A stretch of 64,000 bases of DNA from Alphaproteobacteria bacterium. GTDB taxonomy: Bacteria; Pseudomonadota; Alphaproteobacteria; SP197. Location of the stretch: positions 704,001 to 768,000 of the forward strand of contig OZ219920.1 in the NCBI GenBank assembly GCA_964291415.2, given 5' to 3'. The number at the start of each line of letters is the position of its first letter. Within the stretch, counting starts at the first letter, position 1. Under the pieces are notes generated by a model. That model searched no databases, had not been told where the DNA came from, and worked only from the letters and a program-made list of their open reading frames with translations. Position numbers and translations under genes: made by a program. Positions 8,935 through 18,715 of the stretch are shown one piece after another.

Positions 8935-11286
8935 ATGGCGATCGTACGCTTCGGCGCGCCGTTGCGCAGAATCGAGGACGGCCGCTTCCTGGCCGGCCGC
9001 GGCCGCTATGTCGCGGACATCGTCGCGGCGCGCCAGCTCCACATGATCGTGCTGCGCTCGCCCCACGCCCATGCCAGGATAGCCTCGATCGACACGGCAG
9101 CAGCGCGCGCGGCACCCGGGGTCGTCGACGTGGTTTGCCGCGACGAACTTCGGGTCGACGGGCTGCGCGGCATGCCGACGATCGGCACTGTGGTCAGCAC
9201 GGACGGCACGCCGCAGGCGCGGCCACCCTATCCCGTCCTCGCCGGCGACAGGGTGCGCTTCGTTGGCCAGCCGGTCGCCGCGGTGGCGGCTGAGACGGTC
9301 GAGCAGGCGGCCGATGCGAGCGAACTGATCGAGGTCGATTTCGAGCCCCTGCCTGCCGCCCCCGGGGCGGAGGCGGCGCTGAGATCCGGAGGGCCGCAGC
9401 TGCATGACGAGGCGCCCGGCAACCTCTGCTTCGACTGGGAGACCGGCGACCGGGATGCGGTCGCGCGAGCGTTCGCGGACGCGGCGGCCACGGTCGAGAT
9501 CGAGATCGTCAACAACCGGATGGCGCCTGCCCCCATAGAACCGCGTGGCGCGCTGGGCGAGTACGATGCCTCGAGCGGGCGGCTGACGCTGACGGCCTGC
9601 CATCAGGGTGTTCACTTCCTGCTCGACGATCTCGCCCATGTCCTGGGCATCGCCCCGGCGCGGCTGCGCATCCTGACGCCCGACATAGGCGGCGGTTTCG
9701 GCATGAAGTACACGCCCTACCCCGAGCAGGCGCTGGTGCTCTGGCAAGCGCGGCGCACAGGCCGGCCGGTGCGCTGGATTTCCAGCCGCAGCGAGGCCTT
9801 CATCAGCGACGCCCAGGCGCGCGATCACCGGACCCGCATCGCCCTGGCGCTTGATGGCGAGGGCCGCTTCCTGGCCCTGCGCAGCGACACGGTAGCCGAC
9901 CTCGGAGCCTATCTGACGCAGCATGCCACACGGATTCCGACCAGCGGCGCCACGATCACCCTGCCGGGCCCATACCTGCTGCCCGAGGTGCACGCGCGGG
10001 TGCGCGGAGCCTTCTCCAACAGCGTGCCGGTCGACGCCATGCGTGGTGCCGGTCAGCCCGAGGCGACCTATGCGCGCGAGCGCGTGATCGAGGCCGCGGC
10101 GCGCCGGCTCGGCGTGCCAGGCGATGAACTGCGCCGGCGAAACCTGGTACCACGCGAGGCGATGCCCTATCACACCGCGACGGGCGTGCCGCTTGCCGAC
10201 ACCGACCTCGCAGCGAACCATGCCCGCGCGCTCGAGGCCTCGGACGTCACCGGCTTTCCCGCGCGGCGCACCGCAGCACGCGCCGAGGGCCTGCTTCTGG
10301 GGCGTGCCCTGGTGCACTACCTGGAGGCGACAGGTCGCGGCGAAGTCGGCGACACGACCCGGCTGCGAGTGGAGCCGTCCGGACACGTCACGCTGGTGGT
10401 CGGCAGTATCTCCAACGGTCAGGGCCACGAAACGGCCTATGCCCAGATGCTGTCGGCCGAACTCGGCGTGGCGCCCGGGGATGTGCGCGTGGTGAGCGGC
10501 GACAGCGACGTTGTTGCACCGGGCAGCGGCGGATCGAGCAGTTCGCACTTCCTGCAGGTGGCGGGACCGGGACTGCAGGTGGTCGCCGAGCGGGTGCGTG
10601 ACAAGCTGTGCCGTGTCGCGTCGCACCTGCTGGAGGCCTCCGAAGTCGACATCGATTTCAAGGTCGACGAGCAGCGATTGTGCGTCGCAGGGACGGACCG
10701 TTCGGTCACGTTCCGGCAGGCGGTGCGCGCGGCCCACGATGCCGCGAACCTGCCCGCTGACATCGAGCCCGGGCTCGACGAGACCGCTTACTACCGCCAG
10801 AAGGGTGCTGCCTATCCCACGGGCTGCCATGTCTGCGAGATTGCGGTCGACCCCGATACCGGCATGGCGACAATCCGACGCTACGTCGTGGTCGACGATT
10901 TCGGCAATGTGCTCAATCCGCCGCTGGTCGAGGGCCAGGTCCACGGCGGGGTCGCGCAGGGCATCGGCCAGGCCCTGCTGGAATGCTACGCCTACGATCC
11001 CGAGAGCGGCCAGCCAATGACCGGCAGCCTGCTCGACTACACCTTGCCGCGGGCTGACGACCTCCCCGCCTATGAAGTGACGCTGGAGGGCGTGCCCAAC
11101 AGCAACAACGCCATGGGCGTGAAGGGCTGCGGCGAGGCGGGGACCATCGCCGCCCCGCCCGCCGTGATCAATGCCCTGCTCGACGCGCTTGCCGAACGTG
11201 GCGTGACGACCATCGACATGGCAGCGACACCGGCGTGTATCTGGCGCGCACTGCAAGACGCCGCCGTGAGGGAGGAGAGGACATGA
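8935..11286 (+). CDS. xanthine dehydrogenase/CoxL-family molybdopterin-binding large subunit
   Basis: R.EDGRFL.GRGRYVAD, LRSPHAHARI, GGGFGMK, RGAG.PE, GQGHET, GQVHGGVAQGIGQAL, KGCGEAG. Confidence 0.92.
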   Translation: MAIVRFGAPLRRIEDGRFLAGRGRYVADIVAARQLHMIVLRSPHAHARIASIDTAAARAAPGVVDVVCRDELRVDGLRGMPTIGTVVSTDGTPQARPPYPVLAGDRVRFVGQPVAAVAAETVEQAADASELIEVDFEPLPAAPGAEAALRSGGPQLHDEAPGNLCFDWETGDRDAVARAFADAAATVEIEIVNNRMAPAPIEPRGALGEYDASSGRLTLTACHQGVHFLLDDLAHVLGIAPARLRILTPDIGGGFGMKYTPYPEQALVLWQARRTGRPVRWISSRSEAFISDAQARDHRTRIALALDGEGRFLALRSDTVADLGAYLTQHATRIPTSGATITLPGPYLLPEVHARVRGAFSNSVPVDAMRGAGQPEATYARERVIEAAARRLGVPGDELRRRNLVPREAMPYHTATGVPLADTDLAANHARALEASDVTGFPARRTAARAEGLLLGRALVHYLEATGRGEVGDTTRLRVEPSGHVTLVVGSISNGQGHETAYAQMLSAELGVAPGDVRVVSGDSDVVAPGSGGSSSSHFLQVAGPGLQVVAERVRDKLCRVASHLLEASEVDIDFKVDEQRLCVAGTDRSVTFRQAVRAAHDAANLPADIEPGLDETAYYRQKGAAYPTGCHVCEIAVDPDTGMATIRRYVVVDDFGNVLNPPLVEGQVHGGVAQGIGQALLECYAYDPESGQPMTGSLLDYTLPRADDLPAYEVTLEGVPNSNNAMGVKGCGEAGTIAAPPAVINALLDALAERGVTTIDMAATPACIWRALQDAAVREERT

Positions 11287-11654
11287 CAATCGAACGCGTC
11301 TCGCCCGGCGCCGAGTACGGCGCGTTGTTCAGCGCGGCGACGGCGGCCGACCGTTTCGTCTTCGTCGGCGGCACCACAGCCTGGGACGGCCCCAGCGGCG
11401 GCGACGTGGAGAGCCAGACCCGGTTCATCCTCGGCAAGATTGACGGCTACCTCGAGGCCTGTGGCACATCGAAATCGTCGGTGCTGTTCGTCAACGTCTA
11501 TCTCGCCGACATCGAAACCTGGGAGGACATGAACCGGGCCTGGCTCGCCTGGATCGACCCCGAGGCCGTGCCGGCCCGGGTCAGCATCGAGGCCCGCCTG
11601 CTCGAGGGCCTCAAGGTCGAGATCACGTGCGTGGCGCTTCGTCCCCAACCATGA
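11283..11654 (+). CDS. RidA/YjgF-family protein
   Basis: QT..IL..ID..L...G......VNVYL.D......MN.AW, PAR, KVEI; ATGA overlap with the upstream gene. Confidence 0.88.
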   Translation: MTIERVSPGAEYGALFSAATAADRFVFVGGTTAWDGPSGGDVESQTRFILGKIDGYLEACGTSKSSVLFVNVYLADIETWEDMNRAWLAWIDPEAVPARVSIEARLLEGLKVEITCVALRPQP

Positions 11655-12291
11655 CCGATGCGCCGTCGAGGTGATCGGTCCAGAAGGCCAGGGCGAGCAG
11701 CGGCTCGTTCTCCGTTCGCGTGGAGTGCGGCAGACCCGAGTGGTGAAAGATGAAGCTGCCGGGCGGGCGGGTCACCCAGTCCTCATTGCCGCGCCGCCAA
11801 CGGGCAGTGCCGGCCACGACCCAGTAGACCTCGGGGGCCGGGTGCGCGTGAGGCGGATAGAGCACGCCCGGCCCCTGGATCGTGAAGAAGGCCGAGAGAC
11901 GACCCGAGACGACCAGGCCGCGTGGCCCGACAAGCTCCGCGTAGGCATACTCGGCGCGGAACGCGTCATAGCGTAGATCGCCGGCGAGTTCGGGGTATGC
12001 AGCGCCCCAGGCAAGCGCGTCGCGCGCCGCGAGCAGCGCCTCGGTCACGGCGGCGGGATCGTCCGCAGAGGGGTTCGGCAGGTCGTCGAGGTGCGCGCAT
12101 GGCGGCTGCTCGCTTGGCACGGACAGGCGTCTTTCTGGCGAGTCCAAGACAACGCTCGCAGCGGCCTCAAGGTAGTCGCTGGCTTCATCCCCGCGTGTTG
12201 CCCCCGCCCGCCATGCAGCGACCACGGCCGCGATCAGGCGCTCGACGCGGGCCGCTGCCGGGAGTGAAGTCACCGCGCCGTCGGCGGTCAT
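11623..12291 (-). CDS. DMSP lyase-like cupin (DddQ/DddL family)
   Basis: YAYAELVGPRG, YPPHAHPAPEVY..VAG.A.W, HHSGLPH..RT...PLLA...W. Confidence 0.72.
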   Translation of the reverse strand: MTADGAVTSLPAAARVERLIAAVVAAWRAGATRGDEASDYLEAAASVVLDSPERRLSVPSEQPPCAHLDDLPNPSADDPAAVTEALLAARDALAWGAAYPELAGDLRYDAFRAEYAYAELVGPRGLVVSGRLSAFFTIQGPGVLYPPHAHPAPEVYWVVAGTARWRRGNEDWVTRPPGSFIFHHSGLPHSTRTENEPLLALAFWTDHLDGASVMVGDEAPRT

Positions 12292-12367
12292 GATCACCTC
12301 GCCTTTCAAGGGAGGGCCATGGTGGCAGATCGGCGTGACGGCGGGCAAGGGAGAAGAGATCGTGTCG

Positions 12368-14398
12368 ATGAGACCCGTGTCGTCACTGCCCGTGAAGATA
12401 CGCCAGATCGAACATTGCTGGATCCCGATGTCGGACGGCGTGCGGCTGGCCGCGCGAATCTGGCTCCCCGAAGACGCCGAGGCGAGACCGGTACCGGCGA
12501 TCCTGGAGTACATCCCCTACCGCAAGCGCGACGCGATCAGTGAGCGCGACGAGACCATCCATCCCTACTTCGCCGGCCACGGCTATGCCGCGGTGCGCAT
12601 CGACATCCGCGGCTCGGGCGACTCCGAGGGGCTGCTGCTGGGCGAGTACCTGAAGCAGGACCACGACGACGCGCTCGAGGCGCTCGACTGGATTGCCGCG
12701 CAGCCCTGGTGCGACGGCAAGATCGGGATGATGGGACTGAGCTGGGGTGGCTTCGAAGCGCTGCAGGTTGCCGCGCGACGGCCGCCGGCGCTGAAGGCCG
12801 TGATCTCGGTGGGCTCGGTCGACGATCGCTACGCCGACGACATGCACTTCAAGGGCGGCTGCCTGCTGAACGACAACATGTACTGGCACTCGCTCTTCTT
12901 CTCGCTGCTCTCGCGGCCGCCCGACCCGATGATCGTGGGTCAGCAGCGCTGGCGCGAGATGTGGTTCGATCGCCTGGAGAATCTGATCAACCCCATCCAG
13001 GAATGGCTGCCACACCAGCGGCGTGACGCCTTCTGGCGCCACGGCTCGGTGCGCGAGGACTACGGGGCGATCCAGTGCCCGATCTACCTGGTGGGCGGAT
13101 GGGCCGACAGCTACATCAACTCGGTGCCGAGCCTGCTGTCGGGTCTGAAGGTGCCGCGCAAGGGGCTGATCGGACCCTGGGGCCACCAGTACCCGCAGGA
13201 CATGGCGCCACCTGGTCCCTGGTTCGGCTTTCTGCAGGAGGCCCTGCGCTGGTGGGGCCACTGGCTCAAGGGCATCGACACCGGGATCATGGATGAGCCC
13301 ATGTACCGCGCCTGGATGGCGGAGGCGATGCCGCCCGACCCCGGCCTGCCCGAGACCCGGGGCCGCTGGATCGCCGAGCCCGTCTGGCCGCGTTCCGACG
13401 GCCATGCCCGGACCTGGCACCTCGCACCGGGGGGCCTCGCCGACAGGCCCGAGGAAGACGCGGCGCTGACGCTGAGTTCGCCCCTTGATATCGGCACGTC
13501 GAGCGGCTGCCTCTGCCCCTACGGTCTGGGCTCTATCGGCCACGAACTGCAGACGGACCAGCGCGTTGACGACGGCAATTCGCTGTGCTTCGACACGCCA
13601 CCGCTTCGCGAACGCGTCGAATTCTTCGGCGCACCGGTGGTGGAGCTTGAGCTGTCGGTCGACCGGCCGGTAGCGCAAATCTCGGTCAGGCTCAACGACG
13701 TCGCTCCCGACGGCACCTCGACCCGGGTCACCTTCGGCCTGCTCAACCTGACCCATCGGGACGGGCACACCGATCCGCAGCCGATGGAGCCCGGCCGGCG
13801 TACCCGCATCCGGTTGGCGCTCGACAACATGGCCTATGCCTTCCTGCCCGGCCACCGCATGCGGCTTGCCGTTGCGACGGGCTACTGGCCGGTGGCGTGG
13901 CCAACGCCCGAGAAGGCCATGCTCACGCTCCACACGGGCGAGAGCACCCTCGAGGTGCCGGTGCGGAAGCCACGCCCCGAGGACGCCGGCTTGCGTCCGT
14001 TCGAGGAGCCGGAGTCGTCGGAGCCGGAAGCGCGCACCATGCTGGTCGACGCGAGCCGGGCGCGCAGTGTGCGCCACGACGTGGTGACCGGCATCACCAC
14101 GCTTGAGGCGCACAAGCACCGCGGCTGGTTCCGCATCGAGAGCCACGGCCTTGAGATGAGCAGCGAAGGCACCGAGCGCTACAGCGTGCATCGAAGCGAC
14201 CCCTCGAGCGCAACCGGCGAGACCGAGCAGCTCGTACTGATCGGCCGTGGCGACTGGCGTCTGAGGTTGGAGACCAGGACGCGGATGACGTCGGACAAGG
14301 AGGCCTTCCACATCCATTCCGAGATCGACGCGTTCGAGGACGGGGAGAAGTCCTTCACCCGTTCCTGGGACGCCTCGGTGCCGCGCGACCTGGTGTGA
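12368..14398 (+). CDS. CocE/NonD-family serine hydrolase (X-Pro dipeptidyl-peptidase-like)
   Basis: IPMSDGVRLAARIWLP, LEYIPYRKRD, DIRGSGDSEG, GMMGLSWGG nucleophile, GGWADSY, IGPWGH. Confidence 0.92.
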   Translation: MRPVSSLPVKIRQIEHCWIPMSDGVRLAARIWLPEDAEARPVPAILEYIPYRKRDAISERDETIHPYFAGHGYAAVRIDIRGSGDSEGLLLGEYLKQDHDDALEALDWIAAQPWCDGKIGMMGLSWGGFEALQVAARRPPALKAVISVGSVDDRYADDMHFKGGCLLNDNMYWHSLFFSLLSRPPDPMIVGQQRWREMWFDRLENLINPIQEWLPHQRRDAFWRHGSVREDYGAIQCPIYLVGGWADSYINSVPSLLSGLKVPRKGLIGPWGHQYPQDMAPPGPWFGFLQEALRWWGHWLKGIDTGIMDEPMYRAWMAEAMPPDPGLPETRGRWIAEPVWPRSDGHARTWHLAPGGLADRPEEDAALTLSSPLDIGTSSGCLCPYGLGSIGHELQTDQRVDDGNSLCFDTPPLRERVEFFGAPVVELELSVDRPVAQISVRLNDVAPDGTSTRVTFGLLNLTHRDGHTDPQPMEPGRRTRIRLALDNMAYAFLPGHRMRLAVATGYWPVAWPTPEKAMLTLHTGESTLEVPVRKPRPEDAGLRPFEEPESSEPEARTMLVDASRARSVRHDVVTGITTLEAHKHRGWFRIESHGLEMSSEGTERYSVHRSDPSSATGETEQLVLIGRGDWRLRLETRTRMTSDKEAFHIHSEIDAFEDGEKSFTRSWDASVPRDLV

Positions 14399-15039
14399 TG
14401 TTCTACGAGCCGGCACAGGGCCACGGCCTGGAACTCGACCCCTTCAAGAGCCTGGTCGTACCCCGTCCGATCGGCTGGATCACCACGCTCGACACCGAGG
14501 GGCGGGTGAACCTTGCGCCGTACAGTTACTTCAACGCCGTGGCCGACGACCCGCCCGCCGTGATGTTCTCCTCCTCGGCAGGCGAAGGACCCGACCGCCG
14601 GAAGGACTCCTGGCGCAACGCCGAGGCGACGGGCGAGTTTGTCTTCAACCTGGCGACCTGGGAGCTGCGTGAGGAGGTCAACCAGACCTCCGACGCCGTG
14701 CCCAGCGACGTCGACGAGGCGGCGCTGGCGGGCCTCGACATGATTCCGTCGCGGCTTGTCAAGCCCCCCCGGGTTGCACGCTCTCCCGTACACCTGGAGT
14801 GCCGCTGGCTGAAGACGGTGATCGTGCCGCAGAATGGCGACTATGCGCCCGGGGACAACGGGCTGGTGCTGGGCGAGGTGGTCGGTGTGCACATCGACGA
14901 GACGATCATGGCGAACGGGCGCGTCGATCTGTCGCGGATTCGCCCCATCGCACGGCTCGGTTATGCGCAGTATGCCGTGGTCGACACACTGTTCCGCATG
15001 GTCCCGCCCTGGGTGACGAGTGATCCGGACAAGGAGTGA
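14398..15039 (+). CDS. flavin reductase-like FMN-binding protein
   Basis: PFKSLVVPRPIGWITT, NLAPYSYFN, KDSWRNAEATGEFVFN, PIARLGY; TGATG coupling to the upstream gene. Confidence 0.9.
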   Translation: MFYEPAQGHGLELDPFKSLVVPRPIGWITTLDTEGRVNLAPYSYFNAVADDPPAVMFSSSAGEGPDRRKDSWRNAEATGEFVFNLATWELREEVNQTSDAVPSDVDEAALAGLDMIPSRLVKPPRVARSPVHLECRWLKTVIVPQNGDYAPGDNGLVLGEVVGVHIDETIMANGRVDLSRIRPIARLGYAQYAVVDTLFRMVPPWVTSDPDKE

Positions 15040-15049
15040 AGGCCCGGCC

Positions 15050-15877
15050 ATGGCCGACCCGGAGCAGATCGCCGGGCGCTTCGAGCGGGACGGTTTCGTG
15101 TTCCCGGTTCCGGTGATTTCGCGCGCGGCGGCCGACGGGGCGCGCCGCCGCTTCCTGGAGACGCGGCGGGAGGCCGAGCGCGATCCCCGCATCGCCGACT
15201 ACCTCTCCTACAAGGCCAACGTGGCCTACCGGTGGGTCGACGAGTTCGTGCACAGGTCCGCTCTGCTCGACGCCGTGGCGGCGGTGTTGGGCCCGGACTT
15301 GCTGCTGTGGAGCTGCTCCTTCGTCTGCAAGGATCCGCGCTCGTCGGGCCGCTACTCCTGGCACCAGGACGCCACCTACTGGGGCATGACGCCTCCGGTG
15401 GGACTGACGGTCTGGCTGGCGCTGGGCGACGTGGGCCCGCACAACGGCGGCATGAGCTTCATCCCCGGCGCCCACACGTGCGGCCAGCTCGCCCATACCA
15501 ACACCTTCGCTGCCGACATCATGCTGCCGCGCGGCCAGCAGATCCGTGAGCTGCCCCACCCCGAGCGTGCGACGGCGCTTCAGCTCGCTTCGGGCGAGGC
15601 CTCGTTCCACGGCGTCTTCACGCCCCATGCCTCGGGACCCAATGGCAGCGACGACTATCGCGTGGGCTGTGCCATGGTCTTCATACCGCCGCACGTGAAG
15701 AACCAGACGCTGCGCGAGTCCGCGATGCTGGTGCGCGGCACCGACCGCCACGGGAACTTCGAGCTCGAGCCGCGGCCCAGGGCCGACCTCGACGACGACG
15801 CGGTCGCCGCGCACGGCACGGCAATGAGACGTATGGCGACCTGGCAAAACGAACAGAAGCTCACGAAGCGGGCGTGA
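15050..15877 (+). CDS. phytanoyl-CoA dioxygenase (PhyH) family Fe/2OG enzyme
   Basis: WHQDATYWG (HxD), TVWLAL, NGGM.FIPG.H, H.SGPN.S...R. Confidence 0.88.
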   Translation: MADPEQIAGRFERDGFVFPVPVISRAAADGARRRFLETRREAERDPRIADYLSYKANVAYRWVDEFVHRSALLDAVAAVLGPDLLLWSCSFVCKDPRSSGRYSWHQDATYWGMTPPVGLTVWLALGDVGPHNGGMSFIPGAHTCGQLAHTNTFAADIMLPRGQQIRELPHPERATALQLASGEASFHGVFTPHASGPNGSDDYRVGCAMVFIPPHVKNQTLRESAMLVRGTDRHGNFELEPRPRADLDDDAVAAHGTAMRRMATWQNEQKLTKRA

Positions 15878-15888
15878 GGGAGGACGGC

Positions 15889-16731
15889 ATGGGCGGCAAG
15901 TATCTGAAGGGACGGAGCGCCTGGGTTACGGGTGGTGCCACCGGCATGGGGCGCGCCTGCGCCCTTGCGCTCGCGGAAGCCGGTGCCGATGTCGCCATCG
16001 GCTCGCTGACGTCCAAGGTGAGCAATCCTCGCGTCAGGGGCGAGGCCGCCCTGGTGCTGGATGACGGCGAGCTTGAGGCGACGGGCGGCGAGATCGAATC
16101 CCGGAACGTGAAGGCACTCGCCCTGCCGCTCAACGTCTGTTCGGACGAGTCCTGCGCCATGTTCTTCGAGGCCACGGTGAAGGCCTTCGGCAAGGTCGAC
16201 ATCCTGGTCAACGCGGCAGGCGGTTCGGCCCACCACCCGATGATCGACCATCCCGACGAGCTCTGGCTGCGTACCATCGACGTCAACCTCAACGGCCCCT
16301 ACCGAACCACCAGGCTCTGCTTTGCGGGCATGGTTGAGCGGGGCTGGGGACGTATCGTGAACCTGGCGACGACCGGCGCGCGGGTCGGACACGCGGGACA
16401 TGCGGCCATGTGCGCGTCGAAGACCGGCCTGCTCGGTCTGACCCGCTGCGTCGCGCTCGAGGGCGCGCGCCACGGCGTGACCTGCAACGCGATCAACCCG
16501 GGAAGCGTGAAGACACCGCATGTCGTGCGTTCGGCGCTGCCAAACAAGATCGCGATGCTGGGCATTGACCGCTCTCTCGAGGACTACCTCGACGACACCG
16601 TGAGGACGGTGCCGCAGAACCGCTGGATCGAAGCCGAGGAGATCGGCGCCTTCGCAGCCTTCCTGTGCAGCGAAGGCGCTCGCGGCATCACGGGCGAGGA
16701 TATCCAGATTTCTGGCGGCGCGCACTGGTAG
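15889..16731 (+). CDS. SDR-family oxidoreductase (atypical, YxxxK reads MCASK)
   Basis: VTGGATGMG, VDILVNAAG, WGRIVN, VTCNAINPG; paralog of 3122..3976. Confidence 0.87.
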   Translation: MGGKYLKGRSAWVTGGATGMGRACALALAEAGADVAIGSLTSKVSNPRVRGEAALVLDDGELEATGGEIESRNVKALALPLNVCSDESCAMFFEATVKAFGKVDILVNAAGGSAHHPMIDHPDELWLRTIDVNLNGPYRTTRLCFAGMVERGWGRIVNLATTGARVGHAGHAAMCASKTGLLGLTRCVALEGARHGVTCNAINPGSVKTPHVVRSALPNKIAMLGIDRSLEDYLDDTVRTVPQNRWIEAEEIGAFAAFLCSEGARGITGEDIQISGGAHW

Positions 16732-17500
16732 GCAGCGACGGTCGAACACCGCTTCGTCGGCCGCACCGACGACGAGAGGCCCGGCTGACCCGGGTGCCTG
16801 CTCGACCACATGTTCGACGGCGGCGACGCTGCGCAGGGCGCCGTCAGCCAGCAGTCCATGGCTGATGGAATCAATCATCGCTCGACCGGACCGTCAGGGA
16901 TCGACATGAGGAAGGGCTTTGTTCCCCGGTGCCCTCCAAACCGCGCTTGTCGCTCACGCGGCGACAGCGAACGCCTCATTGTCGTTGGCGTTCGTGCGAA
17001 TGACCCGGTGACAGCGGTATCTTACCGAGCGATAGCCGGACCTTTGCGACGCACGTCGATCCAGGTCCCCCATCGATCCATGGTGGAGGCGGCGGGCAAT
17101 GTCCCCGCCTCCGCAAAGTCCGTTCCGGACGACGCTCTTCGCCGTAGCCCGGCCACCGGGCAACCCGTCACAACGGCGTAGAGCGGCCTCCACGCCACGC
17201 CTTTTCGGGCAACCCTACAGCAGCCGGATGCGAGTGGCTTCTCCTGTCATCGACACGTTGACATGCACGGAACGCGCTTTGCCTCGTACAGCGCATTGCG
17301 GTCACAGTTCGTGTGGTTCTCCTGTTCCCTGAAGAAGAGGCTGTTGTTCACGTCCGGCGATGATACCGCGTTCGGCATCCGAACCGTGCAGGCTTCACTC
17401 TTCGCCCGACCTCAGTCCCGAACGTTGCATCGCTGGAGTCTTGCGGGTCAATGGCATACTTCCCATGCTACAAGGATACCATGAGTTGACGAGGAGTGTG

Positions 17501-18715
17501 ATGGCTGAGCCCGGCCTGATTGACCGCATCCAACTTGGCGAAGATTCGACACTGGAGTTCAAACGCGTCGAAATCAGCGGACAACGCGTCAGAGATCCGG
17601 ACCGGGGTGCGTTCGCTGATGAACTTGCCGCGATGGCGAACGGGCGAGGCGGGACCGTGATCCTGGGAGTGGACGACAAGAGTCGGGAGGTGCTTGGCAT
17701 TGCGCTGAAGGATCTGGATGTTGTCGAGGGTTGGGTCCGTGAGATTTGCAACGATTCGGTGAGGCCGGCGCTCGACGCCGACATCCGCAAGCTGAGAATG
17801 AAGACCGCTGCTGGCAACCGGGTTCCGATTATCCGAATTGATCTGGCACGCAGTCTGTTCATTCACAAGAGTCCCGGGGGATACTTCCGTAGAATTGGTA
17901 GTTCCAAACGCGAATTGACTCCGGAAGCACTCACCCGGCTGATTCAGGAACGCACCTACAGTCGTCTCATTCGGTTCGACGAAACGATCGTCCCTGGAAC
18001 AGGACGCGCGGATTTGCACTTTGCGCTTACTCGAAGATTCACCCGGAACGACCCTACGGATGACACACTGCGCAAACTCCATATCACGTCGAAGGATGAT
18101 GACGGGGCCGAACGTCTCACGATTGCGGGTGTGCTGCTCTGCACGCCGGAGCCGCAACGCTGGATGGCGCACGCGTACGTGCAGGCTGTCAGCTATGCCG
18201 GAGACCGTACTGATGTTGAGTATCAGACAGATTCGCGGGACATCGGCGGACCACTCGACGAACAGGTTGCCGAAGCGTTGCATTTCGTGCGACGGAACAC
18301 ATTGGTACGGGCAACAAAGAAAGGGCCACGGTCGGACAGACCACAGTTCAGCGAACGGGCGGTTTTCGAGGCTCTCGTGAACGCCGTCGCGCATCGTGAC
18401 TACTCAATCGCCGGCTCACGGATACGTCTTCACCTGTTTGGGGACCGGCTCGAGCTCTATGTTCCCGGTGCGCTCGCCAATACGCTGACTCCGGACAGCC
18501 TGCACCTGAGGCAGGCCAGCAGGAACGAACTCATCGTGTCCTTGTTGGCGCGTTGCCCCGCACCAACCGGACTTGGTCGTTCCCGCTTGATGGATCGCCG
18601 AGGTGACGGTGTGCCAATCATTCGCAAGGAATGTGAACGCTTGACCGGCCAGCTTCCCGAGTACAGCGTGCTGGACGATAGTGAACTGCGTCTCGTGGTT
18701 CGGTCGGCGAGCTAA
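17501..18715 (+). CDS. AlbA_2 (Schlafen-like) domain plus HATPase_c_4 (RecG-C-like) domain protein
   Basis: GEDSTLEFK, A.ANG.GG..ILGVDD, Y.R.GS; C-terminal EALVNAVAHRDY...DRLE...PG; GAGGAG RBS. Confidence 0.85.
   Translation: MAEPGLIDRIQLGEDSTLEFKRVEISGQRVRDPDRGAFADELAAMANGRGGTVILGVDDKSREVLGIALKDLDVVEGWVREICNDSVRPALDADIRKLRMKTAAGNRVPIIRIDLARSLFIHKSPGGYFRRIGSSKRELTPEALTRLIQERTYSRLIRFDETIVPGTGRADLHFALTRRFTRNDPTDDTLRKLHITSKDDDGAERLTIAGVLLCTPEPQRWMAHAYVQAVSYAGDRTDVEYQTDSRDIGGPLDEQVAEALHFVRRNTLVRATKKGPRSDRPQFSERAVFEALVNAVAHRDYSIAGSRIRLHLFGDRLELYVPGALANTLTPDSLHLRQASRNELIVSLLARCPAPTGLGRSRLMDRRGDGVPIIRKECERLTGQLPEYSVLDDSELRLVVRSAS

Noticed and set aside
8911-11289. 792 aa antisense ORF exactly opposite the CoxL-like gene
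   Set aside because: Typical stop-poor shadow frame of a high-GC gene; no recognisable motifs. The same applies to 12383-14416, 36736-38640, 44016-45602 and 60496-62361
16740-17480. About 750 bp non-coding stretch at the left edge of the islet, examined for IS ends, CRISPR repeats, att sites or ncRNA
   Set aside because: No repeats, terminal inverted repeats or convincing ORF or structure visible by eye; an Infernal or blastx search would be needed
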